Shown here in pieces: positions 1-8,283 of a stretch of DNA of 64,000 nt. Under the pieces are notes generated by a model. The model did not search any database. It was given only the letters and a program-made list of their open reading frames with translations, and was not told the DNA's origin. Position numbers and translations under genes: made by a program. The stretch spans positions 64,001 through 128,000 of IMG/VR virus record IMGVR_UViG_3300038300_000071. One strand, 5' to 3'. The DNA is from a virus (taxonomy: Duplodnaviria > Caudoviricetes). Every line of letters starts with the position of its first letter. Position 1 is the stretch's first letter.

Positions 1-138
1 AAGTTGGAATTGAAGAATATGCTCCTGTTCCTGAAAAGATTTATTATTGTTATGGAACGTAAGAATAAGTTCATGTGAGATAAATTTAATATTGTTATTG
101 TTAGTGTAAGATGACAATATTAAATAACGAGGTTAAGC

Positions 139-1038
139 ATGAACATTTTGATAAGTTATGCATTTATAAGAAGAAGTAAAGCATTGTTCAACTATGCATT
201 GGCAATTTCTAAACATTGTAATGTATTGATCGATAGTGGCGCATTCAGTGCCTTTAAGTCTGGAGAAGTAATAACGTTAAAGGAATATAATAATTTCTGT
301 AAGAAGTATGGAAAAAACTTTACAGGATATATTCAGCTTGATGTTATTGGAGATAAAGTACAGACTGAAATAAATTACCAAAAAAGCTTAGACGAGGGAT
401 TGACTCCAATTCCCGTTCTTCAGGTTGATGAGGATGTAGAGAAGTCTATAAAGTTAAAAGAGACAACTGATTACATTTGCATATCAGGCCCAGCCGTAAG
501 AGGAATTTCGAAAGAGTGGGTTTCTGAGAGGATCAGACAAGTTTATGATTTAACTGGATTGAAGATGCATGCTCTTGGCTTAGGCCCAACTGATGATATA
601 GGAGATATACCTTTGTATTCTTGCGATAGCTCTGGATATACTATTCCGGGTATGAACTATCTTATTTCGCTGTTCAATGGAAAGAATTCGCTGCTTCATG
701 AGCTTGATGATATGAAGTCTCTAGTGTTTGCTTCTAAGTGCGAAACAAAGGCTTTAAAAAATGGAAACAACAGTTTGTCTTACTTCTCTGGATTTTATTC
801 TTATCTTCTGTATCAGCATTATATAAAAGAGAGTTTTGATAAGAACTATTATTTTGCAATTGCAAATAGTGACAATCTGAGAAGGCTTGCTTATATTTGT
901 AGTACGAGTACTGTTGATAAACCAGATTATATGGGATATTATCATACGTTTAGAAATTACCGCATTAGCAATAGTAAAAAGCATATGATGACTGCTGTCC
1001 TTAAATATGGAAGTATGTTTAAATATTCAAACTTTTAG
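139..1038 (+). CDS. TGT/DpdA-like (queuine tRNA-ribosyltransferase fold) protein, possible 7-deazaguanine insertion enzyme
   Basis: LIDSGAFSAF, QLDVIGD, PIPV, HALGLG and DSS motifs typical of phage TGT-like proteins. Confidence 0.65.
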   Translation: MNILISYAFIRRSKALFNYALAISKHCNVLIDSGAFSAFKSGEVITLKEYNNFCKKYGKNFTGYIQLDVIGDKVQTEINYQKSLDEGLTPIPVLQVDEDVEKSIKLKETTDYICISGPAVRGISKEWVSERIRQVYDLTGLKMHALGLGPTDDIGDIPLYSCDSSGYTIPGMNYLISLFNGKNSLLHELDDMKSLVFASKCETKALKNGNNSLSYFSGFYSYLLYQHYIKESFDKNYYFAIANSDNLRRLAYICSTSTVDKPDYMGYYHTFRNYRISNSKKHMMTAVLKYGSMFKYSNF

Positions 1039-1116
1039 AAACGTGCTCCTTAAAATATCATAAGTTATTCGATAGAGTAGAGATAGTACAATTTTAAATT
1101 AGATTAGGAATATTTT

Positions 1117-2049
1117 GTGAAAAAATTAACTGTAGTGATCCCATTCGCAAACGAGGGTGCTTATCTCAAAAAGACTTTAAATGGTATAAGGTTGACAGCA
1201 GAGGAAGAAGTTGACATTGTTCTGATTGATGATGCGTCAAATGATGGTATTGATTATGAGGAAATAGCAGAGGCATATAATTGTAAGTATATTAAAAATG
1301 AAGAGAGGATTGGGCCTACCGCAAGCAGGGGGAAAGGCGTGGCTTTAGCGGACACTCCTTATATTTTGCTCACAGACGCTCATATGTCCTTCTATTTCAA
1401 TGATTGGAATGTTCAGCTGGAAGATGCTTTAGATGACAACAGCAGGGCTGTATACTGCGCTAATCCGGTTCCTTTGAATAGATATGCCAGAAGGGATGCT
1501 CAGATATTAGATGGTCTTTTGCGTGAGGCTAATGTAATTGGAGTAAAGGCTAAAGATTCAAGAACGAGTTTTGTTCATGTTAGTGATGGGGAGACAAATA
1601 TAATACCAATTCTTTTTGGTGGAAGTTATGCCATTTCAAAGGAGTATTATAATACCTTGCATACATCTGAAAGTCTTAAAGGGGTTGGTTGCTTTAATTT
1701 GCTTTTAAGTTTGAAAGTGTTCTCGGAGGGCGGCGATCTTATATTCTTAGAAGACGTTGAGATCGGTCATGTTTATACTGATCTTTTATCATATGATGCT
1801 GATGAGTCTGCGTGTAGGGATGACAATCTTTTGTTGACTGGACTGATTTTAGATCTGTCAGGAGAGGATAAAGATAAATTCTTTGCCAGTGCAGTTGAAG
1901 GGGATGCGAAAGAAGATATTGATAGAAGGGCGGAAGATCTGGATCGATTGAAGGAGTTCATGTGTGATAATCTAAACTCAAGAGGGGCTGAGGAATTTAT
2001 GTTATTTAGAGATTCGTTTCAAGAAGATCTCATAGGGGATATTCCTTAA
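1117..2049 (+). CDS. Glycosyltransferase family 2
   Basis: VVIPFANEG, IVLIDDASND, SRGKG, LLTDAH (DxH) motifs of the GT-A fold. Confidence 0.85.
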   Translation: MKKLTVVIPFANEGAYLKKTLNGIRLTAEEEVDIVLIDDASNDGIDYEEIAEAYNCKYIKNEERIGPTASRGKGVALADTPYILLTDAHMSFYFNDWNVQLEDALDDNSRAVYCANPVPLNRYARRDAQILDGLLREANVIGVKAKDSRTSFVHVSDGETNIIPILFGGSYAISKEYYNTLHTSESLKGVGCFNLLLSLKVFSEGGDLIFLEDVEIGHVYTDLLSYDADESACRDDNLLLTGLILDLSGEDKDKFFASAVEGDAKEDIDRRAEDLDRLKEFMCDNLNSRGAEEFMLFRDSFQEDLIGDIP

Positions 2050-2086
2050 GTCTATATCGGAATAACAATTCTGTAAACATCTTATC

Positions 2087-2161
2087 AAAAGCCAGTGTTA
2101 ACTCTCATATTTTTTTTATAAGAAAGCATCTTATAGAGGTAGAGTCAATGCTGGCTTTTTT
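2087..2161 (+). terminator. Probable intrinsic terminator with a large loop
   Basis: AAAAGCCAGTGTT...AATGCTGGCTTTTTT inverted repeat followed by a T-tract. Confidence 0.5.
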
Positions 2162-2200
2162 GTGTTTAAAAACAAGTTTAAAATTAAGATGGGTGTTCAG

Positions 2201-2947
2201 ATGTTAGTATATACGTGTAAAAAAAGATTTTTTTGTCCCTCATTGAAAAGGCACATTCCAGTAGGAACAGAAATGTTACGTTTTGAAAACATTACAAAGC
2301 TTACCATTAAAGAGTTTGATTCCAAGGGAAGAGCGACAGTTTATCATTACACAAGCGATGAAGAAGTTATATGGTTTCATGGAATGGAGTTAAATGCTGG
2401 CTTCTTTACTCCTAAGGGAAAATTTCAGGAAAGTGATGCCGGAAGAGTTATAATGGAATCCGGCGAGCCTACATTAACTCTTAAGGTGTTGAGTACTAAT
2501 GATAGAAATAAAGAAGGCTTTCAGATAAAGGGAGCATTTCATTTCAACAGGGATAGGAACAGGATAGAAGTATTTGATGGTGTTGTTTGGTTGAATGAAG
2601 ATTTAATTAAACTTAAAAACAAATCAGGGAAAGATCTGTATGAGGGTCATCCTGTAGTAGTAAGTAAAAATTTTAGCAATGCAGTAACTACAACAGATGT
2701 AGAAAAAGACGTAAATGTTTTAGGAGTTGTGGTTGATGGCAATCATGATGGTAGCTTTTTGACAGTGGCGATCAGCGGAGAATACAGAGTTAACATTACA
2801 GGCTCTATTCAAAGTGGCGACTTTATTACATCGGACAGCGATGGAAAGGCAAAGTCTAACGGATCGAACAAGGATGGATCTGTTTTTGGGATTGCACTGC
2901 AGAATGGTGAGAACGGCCTTATTAGGGCATTTATATTTCAAGGATAA
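2201..2947 (+). CDS. Probable virion structural protein, C-terminal capsid-cement/DUF2190-like domain
   Basis: VLGVV...VAISG...IQSGDFITSDSDGKA...FGIAL pattern; start at ATG 2201 chosen by alignment with the N-terminus of the next gene. Confidence 0.5.
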   Translation: MLVYTCKKRFFCPSLKRHIPVGTEMLRFENITKLTIKEFDSKGRATVYHYTSDEEVIWFHGMELNAGFFTPKGKFQESDAGRVIMESGEPTLTLKVLSTNDRNKEGFQIKGAFHFNRDRNRIEVFDGVVWLNEDLIKLKNKSGKDLYEGHPVVVSKNFSNAVTTTDVEKDVNVLGVVVDGNHDGSFLTVAISGEYRVNITGSIQSGDFITSDSDGKAKSNGSNKDGSVFGIALQNGENGLIRAFIFQG

Positions 2948-2950
2948 ATT

Positions 2951-4123
2951 ATGATTGTATACAAGTGTTTAAAAACATTCTTCTGCTCGCAGCTTAAAAG
3001 ATATATAGCTATAGATGCGATTGTTTATAGGTATGAGAATTCCACTAAGATAAATATAAATGGCTCTCCTTATACTGACTCAACAACTCAAGTTACATCA
3101 AACAGTTGGGAATTCGAAGATGAAACAGAAGTAACATGGTTCTACGAGCTTGAACCAGCTCCGAAAGGAACGTCTCTGTCAGGATTTTTTGAGTTTGTAA
3201 CGTATCTTCCAGAAGATGAAGCAGGCGGTGGTATTGGGGCTGGAACTGGCCCTGCTGGAGATATGATTTACATTGGGGATATTTTAGTTAGTGGAGATTT
3301 CCCAGATCTAATCGATAGAAGAATAGGCGATGTGTATCTAGTAGAAGCTCCCGTAACAGATCCAGAAACTGGTAATGATTATACTAATAATCAAACAATC
3401 ATGTGGGATGGGACTGAGTACGTAATTATAGGATTGTCTGATATTGAGGCAACTTCGTCAAATGAAAGAATAATAGAGCAGACTGCTCATGGATTCTCTC
3501 TTGGGGATATTGTAAGAATAGATTCGGTAACTGATTCATATGTTCTTGCGCAGTCTGATACTGATGTCAATTCGGAAGCAGCAGGAATGGTTACATTTAT
3601 AACAGACGTAGATCATTTTACCCTTACGACAGATGGATATTTTGACTTAACTGGATCTGGAGCCTCTGCGCTTCCTCTGGATATAGGATGTGTTTATTTC
3701 TTAAGCACAACCGTCGCAGGAGGAGTTCAGTTGACCTCTCCTAGTTTTGTTGGACAAATAACAAAGCCAATATTCTTATCTGAAACTGCAAACACTGGTT
3801 ACATTAGAATAATGAGAGGAGTTGAAATACTTCCTGCTCCTACAATTGTAGATGATGAATCTGACAGTGGTTACTTGGATATTGGTGATGCTAGAATTCA
3901 GTGGGGAAGAACTTCTTCAACTTTAGATACTGGCGAAACAATAGCATTCAATGTTCCGTTTGGAGTTGTGCCAGTTGTAACGACCACTTTAGAGCATCTT
4001 GGAAGCGAGGGCGGTGGAATATCAAGCATTACTGTTAATGACTTTATATATAATAGAGATGATGCTGTGGCAAATCCGGCATTTATTCATTGGCATGCTG
4101 TTGGTAAAAAGCCTATAGTGTAA
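2951..4123 (+). CDS. Probable tail fibre/structural protein
   Basis: QTAHGFSLGD and YFLSTTVAG motifs; C-terminal IQWG...IAFNVPF...WHAVG (gp53-like/H-lectin-like fibre domain). Confidence 0.55.
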   Translation: MIVYKCLKTFFCSQLKRYIAIDAIVYRYENSTKININGSPYTDSTTQVTSNSWEFEDETEVTWFYELEPAPKGTSLSGFFEFVTYLPEDEAGGGIGAGTGPAGDMIYIGDILVSGDFPDLIDRRIGDVYLVEAPVTDPETGNDYTNNQTIMWDGTEYVIIGLSDIEATSSNERIIEQTAHGFSLGDIVRIDSVTDSYVLAQSDTDVNSEAAGMVTFITDVDHFTLTTDGYFDLTGSGASALPLDIGCVYFLSTTVAGGVQLTSPSFVGQITKPIFLSETANTGYIRIMRGVEILPAPTIVDDESDSGYLDIGDARIQWGRTSSTLDTGETIAFNVPFGVVPVVTTTLEHLGSEGGGISSITVNDFIYNRDDAVANPAFIHWHAVGKKPIV

Positions 4124-4140
4124 AAAGTTTAATAAAAAGT

Positions 4141-4169
4141 TTGACATGTAAAGAAGTTAGAAGTATACT
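4141..4169 (+). promoter_or_regulatory. sigma70-type promoter of tRNA operon 1
   Basis: TTGACA-17 nt-TATACT. Confidence 0.85.
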
Positions 4170-4206
4170 GTAGTTATAAATTTAAAAAAATTAATGAGTA
4201 GATATA

Positions 4207-4287
4207 ATGAAAAGCCAAGTGATAGTCATAGATAGAGTGAGACGACAGGATTCTGATCGTCAAGTTCTGCGTGTGTCTAATGGCTAA
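4207..4287 (+). CDS. Leader peptide of tRNA operon 1 (MKSQVIVIDRVRRQDSDRQVLRVSNG)
   Basis: 26-codon ORF between promoter and terminator; 18 of codons 4-23 are Val/Ile(ATA)/Asp/Arg/Gln, the tRNAs encoded downstream. Confidence 0.8.
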   Translation: MKSQVIVIDRVRRQDSDRQVLRVSNG

Positions 4288-4310
4288 GTTATAAATCTAC
4301 ATTATTTTTA

Positions 4311-4349
4311 AAAAGCCCTTAGATGTAAAAATCTAAGGGCTTTTTTTTT
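4311..4349 (+). terminator. Attenuator terminator upstream of tRNA operon 1
   Basis: AAAAGCCCTTAGAT-loop-ATCTAAGGGC followed by T9. Confidence 0.9.
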
Positions 4350-4395
4350 GGATTGATTTGACTTAGTATGAAAGAAGGATAAAGTAAGTAAATAA

Positions 4396-4469
4396 GCACG
4401 AGTAGCTCAATTGGTTAGAGCATCTGGTTTACACCCAGAAGGTTGTGGGTTCGAGTCCCTCTTCGTGTA
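4396..4469 (+). tRNA. tRNA-Val(TAC)
   Basis: Cloverleaf; TCTGG-TTTACAC-CCAGA anticodon arm; TTCGAGT T-loop. Confidence 0.92.
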
Positions 4470-4478
4470 TTTAAAGAG

Positions 4479-4551
4479 GCAGCTATGGTGAAATGGATTA
4501 TCACCTTTCTCTACGAAAGAAAAGTTCTGAGTTCGAATCTCAGTAGCTGTA
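4479..4551 (+). tRNA. tRNA-Arg(ACG)
   Basis: GCAGCTA/TAGCTGT acceptor; TTTCT-CTACGAA-AGAAA anticodon arm. Confidence 0.9.
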
Positions 4552-4627
4552 TTAAAAGTGAAAGAAAGTTAGAATGATAGATTGAAATATTTACAATAGG
4601 ATGTAGTGTAGTTAAAGAAATTTTAAT

Positions 4628-4821
4628 CGATGGATAACTCAATTGGTATGAAGTGAAGAACAGAAAGATATTCTAGAATGTCTTCCTGTAAGTAGCGTAA
4701 TTATTAGATTACTTTTTAGTAGGGTTTGATTCCCTAACTTGATTCGTCAAGATTGTAATCTAATTAGAGTGCCTAGAGTTGTATCTAGGAAGTGGAGGTT
4801 CGAGTCCTTCTCCATCGGCCA
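4628..4821 (+). ncRNA. tRNA-like RNA with ~118-nt structured insertion in the D-loop
   Basis: CGATGGA/TCCATCG acceptor plus G-CCA; ACTC/GAGT D-stem split by 4648-4765; non-canonical CCTAG-AGTTGTAT-CTAGG arm; GGAGG-TTCGAGT-CCTTC T-arm. Confidence 0.7.
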
Positions 4822-4847
4822 TTTTAAAGAAAGAAAAGAATATGTAT

Positions 4848-4922
4848 GCTCCGGTAGCTCAGTTGGATTAGAGCATCTGCCTTCTAAGCAGAAAGTCCTT
4901 GGTTCGAGTCCAAGTCGGAGTA
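4848..4922 (+). tRNA. tRNA-Arg(TCT)
   Basis: Cloverleaf; TCTGC-CTTCTAA-GCAGA anticodon arm. Confidence 0.93.
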
Positions 4923-4946
4923 CTTTTAAGAAAGTAAGGAAAGAAG

Positions 4947-5117
4947 ATGGAATATGTTATTAAGACAGGAATTTATTACTTTATGTTTTCAGGATTGCAC
5001 ACATGTACTACAAATTGTATAGAAGGTGCAACTAAGATTACTAATATAAATCATCTGAATAAAATGCTGAAATATGTCAGTACGAAATTTGAAGATGTGT
5101 CTTACGAGAAGGTGTAG
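4947..5117 (+). CDS. Small hypothetical protein (56 aa)
   Basis: ATG with AAGGA RBS, open to TAG; read by hand, not in the ORF track. Confidence 0.5.
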   Translation: MEYVIKTGIYYFMFSGLHTCTTNCIEGATKITNINHLNKMLKYVSTKFEDVSYEKV

Positions 5118-5308
5118 AAATGAAAGAGATTTATCACTGTTCTTTGACCCGTATGGAAGATCTTTTGAATGCAGTAGATGAAGGATGTTTGTATGTGTAT
5201 GATACTTTCCCCGCATCGTCTTGGAGGGAGAAAGAAGATGAAAGAATGAGAGGGAAGCTGGAAAGACACTTTTCTGGAAAAGGAGATTGATGTAAAGAAT
5301 AAATTTAA

Positions 5309-5382
5309 GGGATTTTAGCTCAGTTGGTTAGAGCGGCGCTCTCATAAAGCGAAGGTCGTGGGTTCGAGTCCCTCAAGTCCCA
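5309..5382 (+). tRNA. tRNA-Ile2(CAT) (lysidine type; Met not excluded)
   Basis: GCGCT-CTCATAA-AGCGA arm; GGG-start acceptor and overall Ile2-like sequence; the operon leader uses ATA codons. Confidence 0.8.
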
Positions 5383-5440
5383 CTTAGCAAGTGAAATGAT
5401 TAATGTGTGATAAAGAATATTATAGATGGAAAGTAGTTCT

Positions 5441-5517
5441 GGGGTTAGAAGGTTTATAAGAAGTAAAAAACCGCATGCGGCATATTTCTTATCTGAGTTC
5501 AAGTCTCAGTAGCTCCA
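5441..5517 (+). ncRNA. Miniature tmRNA-like (tRNA-like-domain-only) RNA
   Basis: GGGGTTA/TAGCTCC acceptor with G3.U70 and discriminator A; no D-stem; 10-bp ATAAGAAGTA/TATTTCTTAT stem; CTGAG-TTCAAGT-CTCAG T-arm. Confidence 0.6.
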
Positions 5518-5519
5518 TT

Positions 5520-5649
5520 AGTTCTAAGAGTACGATGGAAAGTACAGGCAGTGAGTAAGTCCTAAGATGCAGAAGTCGCGAACTGCTGAGAATTCTAGCG
5601 AACGATTCCCCGAAAGGGATGGATATGGGTTCAAATCCCATTGGAACTA
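5520..5649 (+). ncRNA. tRNA-like RNA with expanded anticodon and variable regions
   Basis: AGTTCTA/TGGAACT acceptor; GTAC/GTAC D-stem; GGCAGT/ACTGCT stem with 29-nt loop; ATGGG-TTCAAAT-CCCAT T-arm. Confidence 0.6.
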
Positions 5650-5823
5650 TTAAGGCACTATTACAGGCCTTGTGCGCACAAAAGCGATTAGACTATTATG
5701 CTCTGTCGCAGTATAGGAAGTTATGAAATGGGATTATGGCGTCGTATCATGATTTTAGGAAGTAATTTTTGAAATACTTATATTGCATAGCAGCGGCGGT
5801 TGTAAGCGGTATAAGTATATTTT

Positions 5824-5897
5824 GGCGATGTAGCTCAATTGGCTAGAGCACTGCCCTGTCACGGCAGACGTTGCGGGTTCGAATCCCGTCATTGCCG
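5824..5897 (+). tRNA. tRNA-Asp(GTC)
   Basis: Cloverleaf; CTGCC-CTGTCAC-GGCAG anticodon arm. Confidence 0.93.
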
Positions 5898-5919
5898 CTT
5901 TTAAGTAAAGGAAGGTGTT

Positions 5920-6102
5920 ATGGAAGTTAAAGCAGAAAGATTCTATAGGGATCAGATACGATTGGGACTTTATAAGCTACCAAGTGGATGGTTGGATAAG
6001 TTTGATAGAATATATGGCTCTGTCGAAAAAGTACCTGTTGATAAGTTGGATTCAGCTTTAGGTTTGGTAGAGAGAAGTTTGTTAAGTTTAAAAATTAAAT
6101 AG
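5920..6102 (+). CDS. Hypothetical protein
   Basis: ORF with GAAGG RBS. Confidence 0.55.
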   Translation: MEVKAERFYRDQIRLGLYKLPSGWLDKFDRIYGSVEKVPVDKLDSALGLVERSLLSLKIK

Positions 6103-6114
6103 TAGGTTGAGTTT

Positions 6115-6666
6115 ATGTTTGTAGAATCAGGTGATCATGTTCATAGTTTTGGTTGGATTGGAGTTCCTATTGAAGGAACTCAAAAGGATATGCTGTTGTC
6201 GATAGCGAATAAGATAGACAAGGAAGATTTATTCGAAGAAGACGATGATACTGGAATCGAAGAAGATAGCCATGTGACAGTTCTTTATGGAGTTCATGAT
6301 AAACAGAATTTCAAAGTAAAGGCATTGCTTGGATCTGTATTGCAAATGAATGGAGAGCTTGTAGGACTTCATATATTTGAAAATGAAAGATATGATGTTT
6401 TGGTCGTTAAGGTTGAAAGCGAAGACCTGAAAGATTTAAACAAAAAGTTGAAAGACGGTCTTAAGTATACTAATGACTATCCAGAATATAAGGCACATGC
6501 TACAGTCGCATACCTGAAGTCTGGAACAGGGAAAAAGTATGTAGAAGATTTTAAGAAAGTCGATTGCGTGTTTGATAGAGTTTTTTACAACAATTCTGAC
6601 AATACGCACAACGAGAAGATTGAGCTTAAGAAGAATGACATTGATGAAATGTTGAAAGGAATTTAA
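6115..6666 (+). CDS. 2H phosphoesterase, Acb1/T4 gp57B-like (possible anti-CBASS)
   Basis: Two HxT motifs: HVTVLYG and YPEYKAHATVAY. Confidence 0.75.
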   Translation: MFVESGDHVHSFGWIGVPIEGTQKDMLLSIANKIDKEDLFEEDDDTGIEEDSHVTVLYGVHDKQNFKVKALLGSVLQMNGELVGLHIFENERYDVLVVKVESEDLKDLNKKLKDGLKYTNDYPEYKAHATVAYLKSGTGKKYVEDFKKVDCVFDRVFYNNSDNTHNEKIELKKNDIDEMLKGI

Positions 6667-6676
6667 AAGTATTCAT

Positions 6677-6748
6677 TGCTCTGTGGTGTAATTGGTAACA
6701 CTTTGCCTTTTGACGGCAACATTACAGGTTCAAGCCCTGTCGGAGCAT
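6677..6748 (+). tRNA. tRNA-Gln(TTG)
   Basis: TGCTCTG/CGGAGCA acceptor; TTGCC-TTTTGAC-GGCAA anticodon arm. Confidence 0.9.
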
Positions 6749-6766
6749 TATAATAAAAGGAATAAG

Positions 6767-6988
6767 ATGATTGTTAATGTCAGATTTGAAAAGAATGAAG
6801 AATATAAAGAGTTTGAAGTTGAGATAGGTGAAAATGAGCATGTGGAAAATACAAACACTATACCGATCAAATTATATTCCGAGATAACGCAAGATCAATT
6901 AGACTCTGTGGTTGGAAAAGCAAATAAAATGCTGGAAGGAACTGATTGGGATTCTCCAGATGCTTATTTCGTAAATTACTGGCTATAA
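6767..6988 (+). CDS. Hypothetical protein
   Basis: Start moved to ATG 6767 (AAGGA RBS), downstream of tRNA-Gln. Confidence 0.6.
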   Translation: MIVNVRFEKNEEYKEFEVEIGENEHVENTNTIPIKLYSEITQDQLDSVVGKANKMLEGTDWDSPDAYFVNYWL

Positions 6989-7059
6989 GTAGAGCGTTGG
7001 AAGCGTTTGCAATTTGTGTAAGAGCTGTTAAAGTAAGATGAAATTAAATAAAAGAAAGG

Positions 7060-7839
7060 ATGGCTATGATACTATTGCATGGTGACTGTTTAAAGGAGAT
7101 GGAAAATATTGAGAGTGGATCTATTGATTTGGTTTTGGCAGATCCACCTTACGGAACGACAAATTGTAAGTGGGATTCAATAATTCCACTTGGGCCAATG
7201 TGGCAGCAATTGAAAAGAATTGTTAAGCCTACGGGCGCTATCGTTTTAATGGGGAATGAACCATTTACTTCAATGTTAGTATGTAGTAATATTAACGAAT
7301 TTAAGTATCGCTGGGTGTGGGAGAAAAATAAATCTACAGGCTTTTTAAATGCTAAGAAACAGCCTTTAAGATGCATTGAAGATGTTTGTGTTTTCTATAG
7401 AAAGCAATGCACTTATAATCCTCAGAAGACATTTGGCCATAAGCCTGTCAATAGTTTCAAGAAGAATACTGGCGATGGCGAAACAATGGGAAAGACAAAG
7501 ATTGGCATTTCCGGTGGTGGTCAAACTGACAGATACCCTAAAAACATTATTAAGAATATCAGAGTGATGAATAATGATGGAAGTCATGGCAAAAAGACTA
7601 ACGCAACTCAGAAGCCAGTAAAGCTTATGGAGTATCTTATCAAAACTTATTCTAACGAGAATGATAAAGTGTTAGATTTTGCCATGGGAAGCGGTACAAC
7701 TGCGATTGCTTGTCTAAACACAAAGAGAAGCTTTATCGGTATAGAACTTGAAGCAGATGGCTTTAAAGATGCCTCAGAAAGAATAGAGGCTCATGCTAAG
7801 ACAATTGATTCTGCCCCAAAAGTATCGTATATTTTATAG
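7060..7839 (+). CDS. DNA methyltransferase (N6-adenine/N4-cytosine, beta class)
   Basis: DPPY catalytic motif, TQKP, VLDFAMGSGTT SAM-binding motif. Confidence 0.92.
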   Translation: MAMILLHGDCLKEMENIESGSIDLVLADPPYGTTNCKWDSIIPLGPMWQQLKRIVKPTGAIVLMGNEPFTSMLVCSNINEFKYRWVWEKNKSTGFLNAKKQPLRCIEDVCVFYRKQCTYNPQKTFGHKPVNSFKKNTGDGETMGKTKIGISGGGQTDRYPKNIIKNIRVMNNDGSHGKKTNATQKPVKLMEYLIKTYSNENDKVLDFAMGSGTTAIACLNTKRSFIGIELEADGFKDASERIEAHAKTIDSAPKVSYIL

Positions 7840-7905
7840 AAGTATTGTAAAATCAAAAGGAGTGTGAACTTATGAAGATCTAATAATCAACATAAGGAGT
7901 CCCAG

Positions 7906-8283
7906 ATGGGGAATACATATAAGAATAAATCACATACTGGATATTATAGGCGTTGCAGAGGACATAAGAAGGCAAGGATAAACAAGGCGAGGAGTATTCC
8001 TCCTGATGGTTGGGCTGAAGAAAGATGGCCTTGTAATATAAACAATATACCTTGGATTATCGTTGAGAGAATGTTTAATGATGGTTGGCCTGAGTATGAA
8101 GCTTTTGAAAGAGTAATGAGAAAGTGCAGGATCAGCAGGAGTAAGGCATCGGATATAACGAAGTTTTTCTACCATAGAATGCGATGGTATAGAAAAGGAA
8201 AGCCTGAACCTGATAATAAAACTCCAGAAGGATATTTAAAAGTTTGGAGAATAACAAGAGTTAAGGTAAATAAATACAAATAA
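7906..8283 (+). CDS. Hypothetical basic protein
   Basis: ORF with TAAGGAG RBS. Confidence 0.6.
   Translation: MGNTYKNKSHTGYYRRCRGHKKARINKARSIPPDGWAEERWPCNINNIPWIIVERMFNDGWPEYEAFERVMRKCRISRSKASDITKFFYHRMRWYRKGKPEPDNKTPEGYLKVWRITRVKVNKYK

Noticed and set aside
4175-4350. T-box riboswitch as the regulator of tRNA operon 1
   Set aside because: No T-box UGGNACC consensus or stem I. The translated-leader model explains the codon content and pairing.
4739-4963. 74-aa ORF in the track
   Set aside because: Overlaps a tRNA-like RNA and tRNA-Arg(TCT); no RBS; a translation of structural RNA.
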